DNA from: Dimorphilus gyrociliatus
Lineage: Eukaryota; Animalia; Annelida
Direction: 5' to 3'
DNA length: 64,000 bases
Assembly (NCBI GenBank): GCA_904063045.1
Contig: CAJFCJ010000019.1
Coordinates: 3,230,684 to 3,294,683 of the forward strand
Made by a program: the position numbers and the translations under genes. Under the pieces are notes generated by a model. That model ran no database searches. It saw only the letters and a program-made list of their open reading frames with translations, and was not told the origin of the DNA. Below, piece by piece: positions 11,316 through 24,959 of this stretch (position 1 is its first letter; each line of letters starts with the position of its first letter).

Positions 11316-14300
11316 ATGTCACAAGTTTCAGATGATCGAGATATATTTTTTGTGAGTATTTCGTGTTAAATTTAACATTTCCTGAGCGATAATAAACATA
11401 TATAATATTTCTGAAGGAAGAAGATGATTTAAAATATGAAGAAGAGATTCTTCGGAATCCATATTCTGTCAAATCGTGGCTAAGATATGCAGAATATAAA
11501 AAGGAAGGGCGAAAAGAAGTATTAAACCTAATTTTCGAGAGAGCATTAAAAGAATTGCCTGGCAGCTACAAACTATGGTATAACTATTTGCTAATAAGAA
11601 GAAAGCAGGTTGAACATCTTTTAGCCACTGATCCTGCATTAGATCAAGTTGATAATGTGTTTGAGAGATCCCTAGTTTTCATGCATAAAATGCCCAGAAT
11701 TTGGTTGGAATATTGTAAATTTCTAATGGATCGCGGTCAGATAACAAAAACTCGAAGGACTTTTGACAGAGCCCTCCGTTCTCTTCCTGTAACGCAGCAT
11801 GATCGTATTTGGTCCCTCTACTTAGCATTCGTTCAATCCAATGACGTTCCTGAACTAGCTTGTAGAATATTTCGTCGCTGTTTGAAATTAATGCCCGAAA
11901 AATCAGAAGATTATATAGATTATTTAATATCTGTCGACCGTCTTGATGAAGCTGGACAACTATTAGCAAATATTATCAACGATGAAGACCATGCCTCAGC
12001 CAATGGTAAATCCAAACATCAGTTGTGGAATGACCTTTGCGAGTTAATCTCAAAAAACCCAGGTAAAATTCACTCTCTTAAAGTAGAGCCCATCATCAGA
12101 CAAGGAATTAAAAGGTTTGATTACATTTGCTATTTTTTCAAGTATTAAATGTAGTCTGATAATTTTAGGTATACAGATCAAGTAGGTGTTTTATGGAATT
12201 CTTTAGCGGATTATTATATAAGGAACGGTCATTTTGAGAAGGTAAAAACTGATAAAAGTTTAAAGTAGTTTTAGTACTATTGATTGAAACTTCAGGCTCG
12301 GGACGTATATGAAGAGGCTATCAAGACTGTTAAGACAGTAAGGGATTTCACGCAAGTTTTTGATGTGTATGCTCAGTTTGAGGAAAATATGGCAACTTCA
12401 TCGATGGAGGCTGACGCCGCTGTTGATGATGCTGAAATTGATTTGCGTTTGGCTAGACTTGAATGGCTAATGGAGAGACGTCCTCTATTGCTAAATAGTG
12501 TACTTTTACGTCAGAATCCGCATAATGTTCTTGAGTGGCATAAAAGAATAGAACTTTACGAGGGGAAATCAGTAGAAGTTTGTATATACGTTAGATTGAA
12601 ATGTAAAATGACATTTTTGTTTTGCCAATTAGATAGTAAAAACTTTTACGGAGGCTGTTCAGACAGTAGATCCCAAGTTAGCAACTGGTAAACTATACAC
12701 ATTATGGGTTGAATTCGCAAAATTCTACGAAAAAGCCGATCAAATATCAGATGTACAGTATTTCCATTCTTATCATTGATATTTAATATCATAGCAATTT
12801 TATTTCTACAGGCTCGTAATATCTTCGAAAAATCCATAACTGTAAATTTTAAATATGTTGATGATTTAGCATCGATTTGGTGTGCTTGGGCCGAAATGGA
12901 GTTACGTCATCAGTAAGACTTAAATTGATTAATAATATTAATACGCAATAACATATCTTTCTTATGAAGCAATCCAAACGAAGCTTTAAAATTACTTCAA
13001 AGAGCAACTACGCCACCGAAGAAACGTGTAAATTATCATGATGAGGTAAATTTTTTATTTATATCGAATATTTTTATGCATTAAATATGTTTCATATCAT
13101 CAGACAGAAACAGTGCAAAATCGCCTTCATAAATCCTTAAAACTGTGGAGTTTATATGCTGATTTAGAAGAAAGTTTTGGGACATTTAAGAGATGTAAAG
13201 CAGTTTATGATCGAATCATAGATCTACGAATTGCAACTCCCCAAATCATCATTAACTATGGGCTATATTTAGAAGAAAATAACTATTATGAGTATGCATT
13301 TAAAGCTTATGAGAAAGGGCTAGCACTATTCAAATGGCCTAACGTTTTTGATATATGGAACACCTACCTCACGAAATTCATTAATAGATATGTAAGTCAG
13401 TTAATTTTAACCCTTTTATAATAATTATAAGCATAATATTCTCAGGGAGGAAAGAAATTAGAAAGGGCTAGAGATTTATTTGAACAATGTTTAGAATATT
13501 GCCCACCAAAATTTGCTAAATGCTTCTATTTACTCTACTCCAAACTGGAAGAAAATCACGGCTTGGCTAGACATGCCATGGCAATTTATGATAGGGCGTG
13601 CACTGCAGTTCTTCCTGAAGAGCAACCTGAAGTAAACAAACAATTAGCTTTTAATTATATACATAAATAACTTTCTTTTCCTAGATGTTCAATATATACA
13701 TCCGGCGGGCGGCTGAAATATATGGAGTTTCTCATACGAGAAGCATATACGAAAAAGCGATTGATGTCTTAACCGATAAGGACGCACGGGAGTTTAGCCT
13801 CAAATTTGCTGATTTAGAACGAAAACTTGGGGAAATAGATAGAGCTAGAGCAATTTATGCACATGCATCGCAAATGTGTGATCCAAGGGTACTTAAACAT
13901 TTATATAAGAATATGTTTATATCTAATGGCGTATTACTACTCTTTTCAGATTACTCTTAAATTTTGGAAAACTTGGAAGGAATTTGAAATCAAGCATGGA
14001 AACGAAGATACGGTTCGTGAAATGCTTCGAGTTAAAAGAAGTGTACAAGCTACTTATAACACTCAAGTGAATTTTATGTCATCTCAAATTTCCTCCGTCA
14101 ACCAAAACGAAGATGATGACGAAGAAGATGAAATGAGAAAATTAGAGAAAAGAGCAAGGGAATTGGCAGAGGAAGAGGTGAAGTCTCAGACAAAAGAAAA
14201 AAATATCAACTTTATTTCAAGTGAGGAAAACCCGAAAAAAGTTGAAGAGAAAAATCCCGAAGAATTAGATATTGATTGGTCAGATGACGACGACGAAGCA

Positions 14301-14393
14301 ACTGAAAGCTCAAAGGTAACAGTGGAAAAGCAATTTATTCCGGATGAAGTATATGGTGGCTTGAAAAAAGACATTGACGAAACGATAGTTTAA
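11316..14393 (+). CDS. XAB2: Pre-mRNA splicing factor SYF1/XAB2 (HAT/TPR repeats), multi-exon
   Basis: MSQVSDDRDIFF|EEDDLKYEEEILRNPYSVKSWLRY; LPGSYKLWYNYL; LLNSVLLRQNPHNVLEWHKRI; HKSLKLWSLYADLEESFGTF; EIKHGNEDTVREMLRVKRSVQATYN; GT-AG introns in phase. Confidence 0.96.
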
Positions 14394-14798
14394 AGCGCGA
14401 ACCTAAGCACTTTTAGAGAAAACCTAAAAGTTGGCAAAAATCAGTTTTGTTTACCTGATCAAATATATATTTTTTTGTTTAATATTTTAATCGAATGTTG
14501 TTTTATATGAAATTTCAATTACTCTTTTTGTTTTGATAATCAGTACAATTGTACGAGGTATCGAGTTCTTAAAATTTTTGCAAACTTTTTATGAAAAAGT
14601 ATTTTATTTCACAAACTACTTCTTTTTTCAGTCAAAAAGTTAGTAGGAAAATCTTCAAGTATTGCAGTTCAGGAAAATTGGCTCAAGTTAGTTCCTAAAA
14701 TAAGACCGTTAACAGCAAAGTGCATTAAGATAAAACTTGGTAGACAAATTTAATAGTTAGATAAAACGAACATGGTTTCAAAAACTCTTTTCTAGCAG

Positions 14799-16470
14799 CT
14801 AGACGGTAAGTTTTGGTTTCATCTCAACCCAATCGAAATTATAGGTTGTTGGTAAACCGAAATGAGCCTCTTTTTCAAATATTCCAGTCCAGGAAAAGGG
14901 TTTCAAGTTGGTTCCTAAAGTTGGACCACTAATAGCAATGGAACGTCGACTGAGTGCGGAGGAATAGTCCGTAATTTTCGTATCATAGCATCCTTTTGAT
15001 TCAGGTTTTTTTGCATTCAAATCTCCTCGACAACAGATAGTATTGCAGGGGTTTCCATCAGAGTATTCATCTACTTTGTAATTATTATAACGCATTATTC
15101 TCTTCATATCATCAAAAGTTTTGACAGATCCTTGATCACGACGGAAAATTTTTGCTCTTGGTGCTAATTGATAAGAAAAATTAATTCCAAATTTTTTAAC
15201 AGCCAGTGAGTATCCACTTTTCTCATAAATATCTTCATAAAACGGTACGTTATACGAAGGCCAATAGCCAGCTCTAAGGATATCAGTTTGATCAGCGTAT
15301 TTAACAATTCCTGGTAATTGTTCTATAACATATAGGGCACCATCTTCAACACCAGTTTTTAACTTTATACGATTCAAATCAATGACCATATATTGATTGT
15401 TATATGTCCCAGAATTATATTTTGCATACATTTTTGACCATTCAAGTCCATTATGGGCCAACATATTAGCCAATCGAACTCTGTGCCATGCCAAAAGACT
15501 TTTCTCGCTTACTTTATCATAAATAGTGGTATTAAACACCATATTTGTTGTCTGTAGCATAACTAATCCATTCTGCATTATGTAAAAATCGTCAAGTGAT
15601 TCCAAATATCCTGGATAACTTGAAAAAGAAAGACTTTTAGAAGCAACGTTTTTGCCCGATAAATTAAAATCGTAATGCTTATAAATTCTGTAACTGTTGG
15701 AATAGGTAAACCAGCTTGAATGAGACATGAATATATTTTCAAAACCAGGTAGTAATTTAATCAAAGCAGAGCACATTCCTCTTCCATTTACATATTCCAT
15801 AAATTCTTCATATTTCATCTTGTTAATATCTATACGCGTTTTTGGTGCAACAGCGTGCGAAATATCTATAAGATCGCCAGCTGCATTCAACATTTGGACG
15901 ACAAAGTAGTCATTTGGCAATGATTTATCAGTTTCAGCAACTTTCTGATATCCTGCCTGAAGACCGTCATATTGTGCAAATATATTTTGGACATGACGCC
16001 AATATTCATCAAATCCGGAAGCAACAGAAATTTGTTTTCTAATCCATTTTTCTTGTTTATTTAAAAACTCTTTAGTTTTTTTCTCCACTTCCGGAAAACC
16101 TTTGAAAAAATATGGCCAAACATTCCTGTACGCATCAGCCATACTCCTGAAAAATTGAATATTTAGCAAAGTTATAGATGGATTCCAAAGGTTTTTACTT
16201 TGCTGTCAAAATTCCTTCCAGGTATCCGGCTGCAAACATTAATTGTTTATCCGAGCATGGCTCTTTAGAATAACCAGCTTTAATTTCCAAGGTACCCCAC
16301 CCATTTGTTAAAATAGTATTGTTATAAGAGCCAAAAGCACAGGAATCAGATTTTCTAATACTATCGGAAAATATTTTATTGTCCCGAAAACTGACGCTAC
16401 CCTCCAGATATGTTGACCCAACCTCAAGGAAATTTAATGAAAACCACAAAAAAATGTATAGGAGTTTCAT
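14799..16470 (-). CDS. PLBD1: Phospholipase B-like lysosomal Ntn-hydrolase (PLBD1-like), two exons
   Basis: Signal peptide MKLLYIFLWFSL; AGYLEGILT; CSALIKLLPG (putative N-terminal nucleophile Cys); HSSWFTY; FSSYPG; NSGTYNNQYM; YWPSYNVPFY; TICCRGDL. One intron of about 50 nt near 16148-16198. Confidence 0.92.
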
Positions 16471-17346
16471 TGTCTTTACTGAAATCCAAAATGGCTTCCG
16501 ATGTAAACAAAATTTTTCTCCGGAGATATTCTGATAAGAATGATATAATTGAATTGATAATTTAAGTAAACTCCTATATCCTTAGGTTTCTTATCATTCT
16601 ATAAAGAAATTTTGTACGAACATGAACTTGATTATGATTTTCGTACCGGCAACGTACGGAAGTAAATGTTATATTTCATTCATCTTTACAATGCTATTAC
16701 CCTTTCAAGCTTGTGGAAGGGCTTTACAGTCATTCTTTTCAATTTTTTAGTAAAAATATTCAGCGTAATTTTACCAAATGGAAAATGAATTAGCTATGTT
16801 ACAAGTAACAAATTTAATGCTCAATTAATTAGGTCAATAAGAAGAAATCTTTTGGGCAAAGCATAAAATTCACTAACTAGCATAATGACCCGTAATGAAC
16901 ATTAATGATATAAATATATGGAAAATTAACTGACAAATTCACAAGTGATGTTGAAATAGATATCTCCACTTGATAGACCAATCAGAGTTTTAATGACAAG
17001 ACAGAAATTCGACAGAAATATAATATAGCTGATATTTAAAGCAGACAGAAAAACGCTCGTTTTAAGATCTGAAACGACATCTTCAGAATCAAAGTATTGC
17101 ATAAATTTCCTTCAATACGATGAAAATTGTATTGCATTTAGAGAGACTAAGTTGAAACTCTTTCCATTCATAAGTTCATTTAGAAGACACAATATATTTC
17201 CATAATTATTTCAATTTTAAAAGAATAAATTGGTTAAAAAGTATCTAATACATTTTACAAACATATTTATATTATTTATATATAGATAGGCGGCGTTACC
17301 CGCTCTAGAAGTCTTTACAGCGTTCACTTTAGTTTATATTATAAGA

Positions 17347-20300
17347 ATGCCAACTCAAATCTTTGTCTGCTTTGTAATTGTAATATTCACAGGTACAAAT
17401 TAGGAAATAGCTTGTTATATTATTTAACTAAAATTAGTAACCATTGCTTATTAGCATCCGTAAATACGGAACCTTCGACGCATGTAAGTATTAACGAATT
17501 CTCTACAAACTATAGGATGATAGCAAGAAACTGGATATACTTTTTTTAGTTTACCACACAATGTCTAATTGTGTTTCTGCATAATGGTTTCTTGCTGAAT
17601 TTTTAACGACAGATAAATATTAAACAGACTAAACAGTTCAACGAGCGTTATCGACGGGCAGCCATCTCGAATAAAGACAAATTATGGCCTAATGCTACTA
17701 TACCCTATCTATTTTCGAATAATATTTCAGCTAAAACCAAACAAAATGTTTTGTCGGCTATGAGCCACTGGGAATCAGCAACATGTATAAGATTCAAGCG
17801 AAGGGTTAATGAAAAAGATTTCGTTCTAATTGTCGGTGAGGGAAATTGCGGTTGCTGCTCGCTTGTCGGTAGAATCGGAGATGTTCAATTAATAACGATG
17901 AGCGATTATTGCGCTGTATTTGGAGTGGCAGTACATGAATTAGGACATACAATTGGCTTTTGGCATGAACATTCTAGGTTTAGATGTAATTTGGATAAAA
18001 AAAGAATATTATTAATGAATTTGTTCTATAAACAGACCAGACAGAGACAATTACATAAAAGTTTTAAAGCAAAATATCATCTCGTCTAAAATAGACAATT
18101 TTAAAAAAAAGTCAAGATTAAACATTAATTCCTTGGGTGAAAAATATGACTACAATTCAATTATGCATTATCGACTTTCCACATTCTCAAAGAATGGAAA
18201 AAATACTCTTCGTCAACTATTTAAAAATGTTTCAGCCGACGATATAGGACAACGGGAACGGTTAAGCGAAGGAGATATAAGGCAAACAATGTTGCTATAT
18301 AATTGTAGTAAGCTATTTGTTTATTCTTTAGATGTTTAACGAAGTCTTGTATATTTAAAAAGAGAGTCATTGTCATAGGGAGTTCAATAGTTTGACTAGT
18401 CCGTATGGTAATTTTTCGTCATACGGTTATCCGGGAAAATATCCAACAAATTATAATTGCACGTGGCATTTTATTGTATCTTCAGAAGGTTTGTAATAAA
18501 AGTAACTTTGTTTTTGACTAGAATCTCAGTTTATTTTGTTTTTAATTGCCACCATAGAGATATTGTCTATTGATTTAAATTCCTTTGAAACTGAGTATAC
18601 ATCTAATTGTTCTTTTGATTATCTCGAAATTCGTAAAGGTAGTTAGCTTTTATTCTCCAATTTTTAAACTATTTATTAATTCAATTAGAGAGTGAACATA
18701 GCAAGAAAGTGTTTTTGAAATTATGTGGTAAAGGCAGCGTTGGATCAATAAGAGCAAAAAATTCTCTTTTCATAAAATTCGTAAGTGATAAAACTAATGC
18801 GTTTAAAGGTTTTTATGCTAAATTTCAGTATTATGGTAAGGATTAAGTTTTTTAAGTTTAGCAAACAATACTACCGCTTTTCATTTACAGATATGAAAAC
18901 TCAGTCGAATGACCAACAATTAGTATCTTTTCAACAAAACTTTACCTACTCAGCAGGTTGTCGTCATCGTTTACAATATACTAAAGGTAAAATTCGAACA
19001 CCACTTATTCCTTATATACCAAAGAGACGATACACCTGTTCTTGGCTAATAATTGGTGGTATGTAGTCAAAATTGATGCCATTGAATAGTTAAATTATCC
19101 CCCCTTCATCTATACTTAGACAAATATAGCACACATATAGTACTGCATGGTACAATAACAAATTATAAAGGTAAAAATTGCTTGGGAAAAATTTATACCT
19201 TTATGCCAAAAAAACGAAAATATAAAAGAATATCTTACGATTGTGTTGAAAATCTAATTCTCCAGTTTAATTCATCACGTTTATTGATAAAATGGGATAA
19301 TAATAAACATCAGCAATATTCAATACGTTATTTTATCGGTAACCTAACAAAATGATTATATATTCAAACTAAAATTTCTACCTTTGCCAGATGAAAATGA
19401 ATGTAAGAATGGGAAACACAATTGCAGTCACAACTGCCATAATACATTGAAGGGCTTCAGGTGTTCTTGTAGATTAGGACATCTATTGCAGGCAGATAAA
19501 ACGTCCTGTATTGAGAAGCGAAGAGAAGTCGTTTCAAAATGTCAGTCTGTTTTGGAAGGGGAAAGAGGAGCTATCAATATTCATAAAACTGGCAAATGTT
19601 CAATTCATATTATTACAGGACGATATTTAAATAAGATAATAATGAAACTTGCTGTCCGAGGATATCTTGTTCCAAATAAGACAAGCTGCTCCTTTCAAAA
19701 TATTCTTTTAGTTCATTCGGCTTATGAATCACAGAAAAAAGTGAGTAGCATTGGATATGATTTCAATATCACAAAATTTACATTTCAAGTCTCACACGAA
19801 AATCGTATGCCTATCTCGTAAAAAACTTAATTTTATAACTATATCAACATCGACTGGATATATGAGATTACTATATGCTGGGAACTTGACGATCCAACTA
19901 AATGTTACCTATCTCGCATATAAAGATACCGGTAAGCTGATAAAATAAATACTGAGCAAATACACCTCTCTCTTTACAGGAAGAAAATGCTTCCATCGCT
20001 TGAAAGTTACATCCAAGAAACATATTTTACGCAGCCCTAACTATCCCTCCTATTATCAACCTTTCACAAGATGTATATGGAGACTATCAGCTAAAAGGAA
20101 TGAACAAATTCGTTTTCGATTTCGAAAAATTCATATTGAACCGACAATCGATTGTAATTTCGACTTTGTTAGTTTAACACATGCTAAGTTGACGAAAGGC
20201 GACCGTGCATTAGCAAAAGTGTGCGGATATAAACCACCAATAAAGTTGTTTGCCAGTAAAGGTATGCGCTAATTTACTTTTTAATGATTTAGTTATTGTA

Positions 20301-20415
20301 GATCTTTTTAGGCCGAAAACTATGGCTGATATTGCAAACTGATAGTACAGGAAATGGAAGAGGCTTTGCGGCTGAATATTGGGCAGTCCCTGAAAAAACA
20401 CTAAGACTCAAATGA
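17347..20415 (+). CDS. Secreted astacin metalloprotease, tolloid/BMP1-like (astacin-CUB-CUB-EGF-CUB-CUB), multi-exon
   Basis: Signal peptide MPTQIFVCFVIVIFT; furin-like site RYRR|AA; zinc motif HELGHTIGFWHEHSR (17934-); Met-turn YDYNSIMHY; CUB motifs (YPTNYNCTWHF, CSFDYLEIR, LRSPNYPSYYQPFTRCIWRL, CNFDFVSL); EGF DENECKNGKHNCSHNCHNTLKGFRCSC; stop TGA at 20413-20415. Confidence 0.85.
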
Positions 20416-20567
20416 GATGAAAACCAACCAAATTCTATTAATTTTTAAATAGTTTGGTTATTTCCTTGATTCGTTTGTGATAGATAGAAATACAAAAAAT
20501 TAAATGCGGGATTACTACCCAAAAATCAGGCAACAATTAGCTATATTCATCAAAAACTTTACAAATA

Positions 20568-21726
20568 TTATTTAATTTTTGCGGAAGGTACTGTAAAGTC
20601 TTCAGATAACTTAAATTTTTCTACAGAAGGGGGACAAGTAACATAACTATTCTTCACAAATCGCCAATTAGACGATCTTGATGTTCTTTGACTTTCAAAA
20701 GTATCGATATAATGTTGGAGATTAATTTGCAGGTCCTCAACTGACATATCAAGGGTTCCTATAGGTACAGTGACTTTTCCATTGGCTTCGTTTAGCTTGT
20801 TACTTTCATAGGTGTATCCATACTTATAGAGCAGCAGCATGCCTTCCAAATCAGAGCCTAAGGTGTTAGCCTTTTGGGTCGGATAATGTTCCTTTAAAAA
20901 TTTCCTTATAGGAGAAATGTCAGTCAGCGTATCTGCTGCACAAACTATATGGTCAAAATCTTCATAACGAATCTCCCCTTTTTCGATTCCTGCTATTACA
21001 TTAGTAGATCCAAAAAAAGTAGCTCCATATTTTAAAGCAATTTCCTTGTCTTCTGCAGACTAAAAACAGATTTCGCACAACTAGTATAAAGTAATAACTA
21101 TAGCATACCTTACAAAAAGCAATAATTCGCTTTTTAATCCCTGTGTCAAATCTTTTTGGTAAAAGAATTGTGCCTTTTACTCCAGATAAAAATCTCGTCT
21201 GTAGTAAATGTCATTTTAATTAATTTTTTTTTTAAAAAAAGTTTCACCTTCTTTTTTGTTCGCAAGTCCAAGTCTGCTTCGAGGTAAACGAAAGCCTTTG
21301 GCATATCAAACATGGAAAGCTGCATCATTTGGCGATGATTGTCAATTGACTCCGACAAAGAATAGATTGGTGTAGCATAAAATTTATGTAACCATACATT
21401 GTCCGTAGGAAGCCGGGAGCTAAATTCGGTTGTATTACTAATTTCTGAACTATTAACAGTTTGCCTATATAAAACAAAAATTTATAACCAAGCTTCGACT
21501 ATATTATTAGCTATGTACTTTGTTCTACTTCGGCCTGAAGACCATTCTGAGGTTTTTTTACTTTCTGAAGGTTGCTTGTACCTCCGAACTCCTCTATTTT
21601 TCTCTCTCAAAGTAAATTTTAGAGGTCGAATATTCCTTGCAAAATCAGCGACACTAACTCGTGCTATGTAGTTTAAAGTTTTAGATTATTACATGCATAC
21701 ATTTTTTGAAATTGAATGTTATGCAT
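20568..21726 (-). CDS. MRPL1: Mitochondrial ribosomal protein uL1m, multi-exon; start codon inferred
   Basis: KYGATFFGSTNVIAGIEKGEIRYEDFDHIVCAAD; VTVPIGTLDMSVEDLQINL; SYVTCPPSVEKFKL; basic N-terminal targeting-like segment. ATG 21726 joins in frame through a 47-nt intron (inferred). Confidence 0.8.
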
Positions 21727-21738
21727 TATATTTCGATC

Positions 21739-21748
21739 GTCACGTGAG
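21739..21748. promoter_or_regulatory. E-box GTCACGTGAG in the MRPL1/CNOT6 divergent promoter
   Basis: Motif read just upstream of the inferred MRPL1 ATG. Confidence 0.5.
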
Positions 21749-22388
21749 TTTCATCTCATTTATCGCTCATTAGTTTATAAAAGATACTACCTGATCGCAT
21801 AAACAACAAGAGTCATTATATGCTTTCGAATACGTATAAGACAAAAGTATCATTAATTTCAGAAACAAAACTTACAATAAATGTTTGACAAAGTCCTTAA
21901 TGATATCATTGCTAAGGTCTTCGTACAATGTTATTCCAAAAAATAGGGTGTCCTGCATTCTAAAATCCATCCGCGTAAAGGAAAGTTCTAGTATAGAAAA
22001 TTATTGGAAAATTTGATACTATTAGTCATATTCGCAAGATTAATCTAACTATTACATTTATTTTTGATTGTTTTTATATAAGCATTTGCAAAGTTTATGC
22101 AAAAATGTTATTATATTTTATAAATTTTCATTCGAAAGTTACTTTATAGTAATCATAAAATGTAAGCATAATGGCGACTTCTTACCGACTGATGTGATCG
22201 AGGACACAAAAGTTTGTCGATCAAACACTTCATGGTCATTTCAATCTAAAATTTATATGCTATTAAAATCAAACACGTCAATAGGTAAATTGCGTATTAA
22301 CTCAGTTTGTAGATATATAAACCGGCTATCTCTTAGAATTATATACCTGTAAAGGTATTTTCATAAAATTTCCTTTCTGCAGTTGTAC

Positions 22389-24959
22389 ATGCCGACTGAA
22401 TATTTTTATGAATGTCCCTCGCGTGCACAGAGGAATCCTATTCTTCTCACGCAAGAGGATATTGCTGTTGGAAAATGTAAAAAATGGACTGAATTTGAGA
22501 TCTATGGTATGAATTTTAGATATTGTCGTGAATTTTCTAATATTTCATTATTATTTCAAGGGGGTGTTCGACATATTTCACCGGCTGTCTGGAACATGAA
22601 GTTTTTAACTCATTTGCACTGCGCAAATAATAGCATCCAAAAAATACCCCCAGAAATAGTTCAATTGGAGTGTTTAACTTGTCTTGATTTATCTAACAAT
22701 AAACTGAGACTCATTCCTGCTGAAATTGGTGACATGACATCTTTACGAGATTTAAACCTGGCCCACAACAACATAAGACAACTACCCTACGAGCTTGGAC
22801 GACTATTTTTATTGAACAACTTGTGTTAGTTTTTTATCTTTAAAATTTATAAAAAGGAATGAAAATTTGTATTTTATTTATATAAGATTTGAAGGGAAAT
22901 CCGTTGTCTCAAGACATTTTAACGATTCTTAGTGAGGTACCGAATGGAGCAAATCCCACACAAAAGCTCATCACCTCCTTTCTGGATAATTTACCAGGTA
23001 GGATTTTTAAATTAAGTGTTAAAAATAGACACTTTGGTTGATTTGAGAGTATGACCAATATAAACGTTTATTGTTGAGCTAACAGTCAACAGTTAGGTTT
23101 TTATGTAAGTCATGTCAGAGTCCTATCTTGACACCAGTGAGTTGTGTTTGTCGCCATTGGCGAAAATTGAAAAATGGTGAAGCCGGTTGATAAGCGCGCC
23201 GTGTCGATTTCTATCTGTCATTTAAAGACAGAAGATAAGTCGAAGACGGGCAGCGTGAAACCTAACCGTCAAAATTCTTCAAAGCTCACTAAAATAGTGG
23301 ATTTAGTTCTGAGCAAAGAAAATAAACATCGTTCAATATCGCCATCTAAATCGAGGCAACTCGTGAGACCTCATAAACATTTTAATGAAGACATATCGAG
23401 GGAACTTAGCAAAGAAGAGTTGGAAAGATTATCACACCTAACTACAGGAGTGGCTCTTCAAAAAGTATCATCTTCCCACGTACCTTTAATTACAACTCCC
23501 GTTCACTCAGTTAGTGTTCGGGTTGAAGAAAATGTGCAACTAACGATTAATCGACATTGGTGTCGGAGAGAGAATAGAATTAAAAGGAAAAAGAACTGGA
23601 TTTATGAAAGACGATGGCCAGGGGGACTACCCCCACTTTTTCCAATCATTCCCTCACCAATTGTTGTGCCTCGACAATCTCGAACAGCCGACTTTCTAAG
23701 TAGAACAGAAAGATTAGCTCATACTCCTGCCTATGAAATTGATAAATGTTGACCTTTTCTTCAATTTATTTTTTATTATATTCTTCGTAATAAGAAATTT
23801 AATATTTTTTCTTACAGTAACAACGACAAGCCCACCTCAACGACCGTGGATAACCTTATCAAGTGGACCACGGGAATTACCATGCGCATCATTTACCGTT
23901 ATGTGTTACAATATTTTGTGCGATAAATATGCGACCCGGCAACACTATGGCTATTGTCCCCAATGGGCATTACAATGGGAATACCGAAAGCGTGGCATAA
24001 TGGAAGAAATCAAACACTATTCTGCGGACATAATTGCTTTACAAGAAGTCGAGACTGATCAGTTTTATAACTTGTTTTTGCCAGAACTGCGCAAGAATGG
24101 ATATAACGGTATATTCTCACCTAAATCACGCGCTAGGACAATGACCGAAGCGGAAAGAAAGCATGTTGATGGTTGTGCTATTTTTTATAATTCTCGAAAA
24201 TTTCGTTTAGTGAAGGAGAATTTAATAGAGTTTAATCAATTGGCAATGGCTAATGCCGAAGGAGAAGGAGGAAAGCAGATGCTAAATAGAGTTATGCCAA
24301 AAGATAATATAGGATTAGCAGCTATACTTGAAACAACAGATGCTGTTTGGGTAGATTCTAAAGTAGGTGAAACTGGAAATCAGCAACTGCTTGTATGTAC
24401 CTGTCATGTTCATTGGGATCCTGAATTTTCTGATGTTAAGCTAGTGCAAACTATGATGCTTATTCACGAATTACGTAATATTATTGAAGAGAGTTGCATT
24501 TCTCTTCGACCTGGATGTCCAGGTCCTGATACAAATTCTATTCCTCTTGTTTTGTGTGGAGATTTAAACTCGCTGCCTGATTCTGGGGTAGTTGAATACT
24601 TGGTCAAAGGAAGAGTCAGTACATCACATTCAGATTTTAAAGACTTTGAGTACAAGGATTGTGTTTCAAAATTGGCTGCTTGTGGTCTAGAAGGAGAATC
24701 CTTCATACATCCATTCAAACTTGAGCAAGCTCATAGTTCTGCTTTAATGCCCTATACCAACTATACATATGACTTCAAGGGTATCATTGACTATATTTTA
24801 TATTCTAGAAACTCTATGAGGCCTGTCGGAGTTCTAGGCGCTCTTGATCAAACGTGGCTAAATGAGCAGAAGGTGCTCGGTTGCCCACATCCTCATGTTC
24901 CATCTGATCATCTCCCTCTTGTTGTCGAATTGGAACTGTCGCAATCGCGGCGAAGCTGA
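22389..24959 (+). CDS. CNOT6: CCR4-NOT deadenylase CNOT6/CCR4 (LRR plus EEP nuclease), multi-exon
   Basis: N-terminal ...KKWTEFEIYG, LRRs (LTCLDLSNNKLRLIPAEIGDMTSLRDLNL), VMCYNILCDKYATRQHYGYCP, LQEVETDQF, HVHWDPEFSDVKLVQ, CGDLNSLPDSGV, YTYDFKGIIDYI, PSDHLPL. Confidence 0.97.

Noticed and set aside
16910-17110. 58-codon hydrophobic minus-strand ORF between PLBD and the tolloid-like gene
   Set aside because: Short, no motif, no convincing splice partners; probably non-coding promoter sequence.
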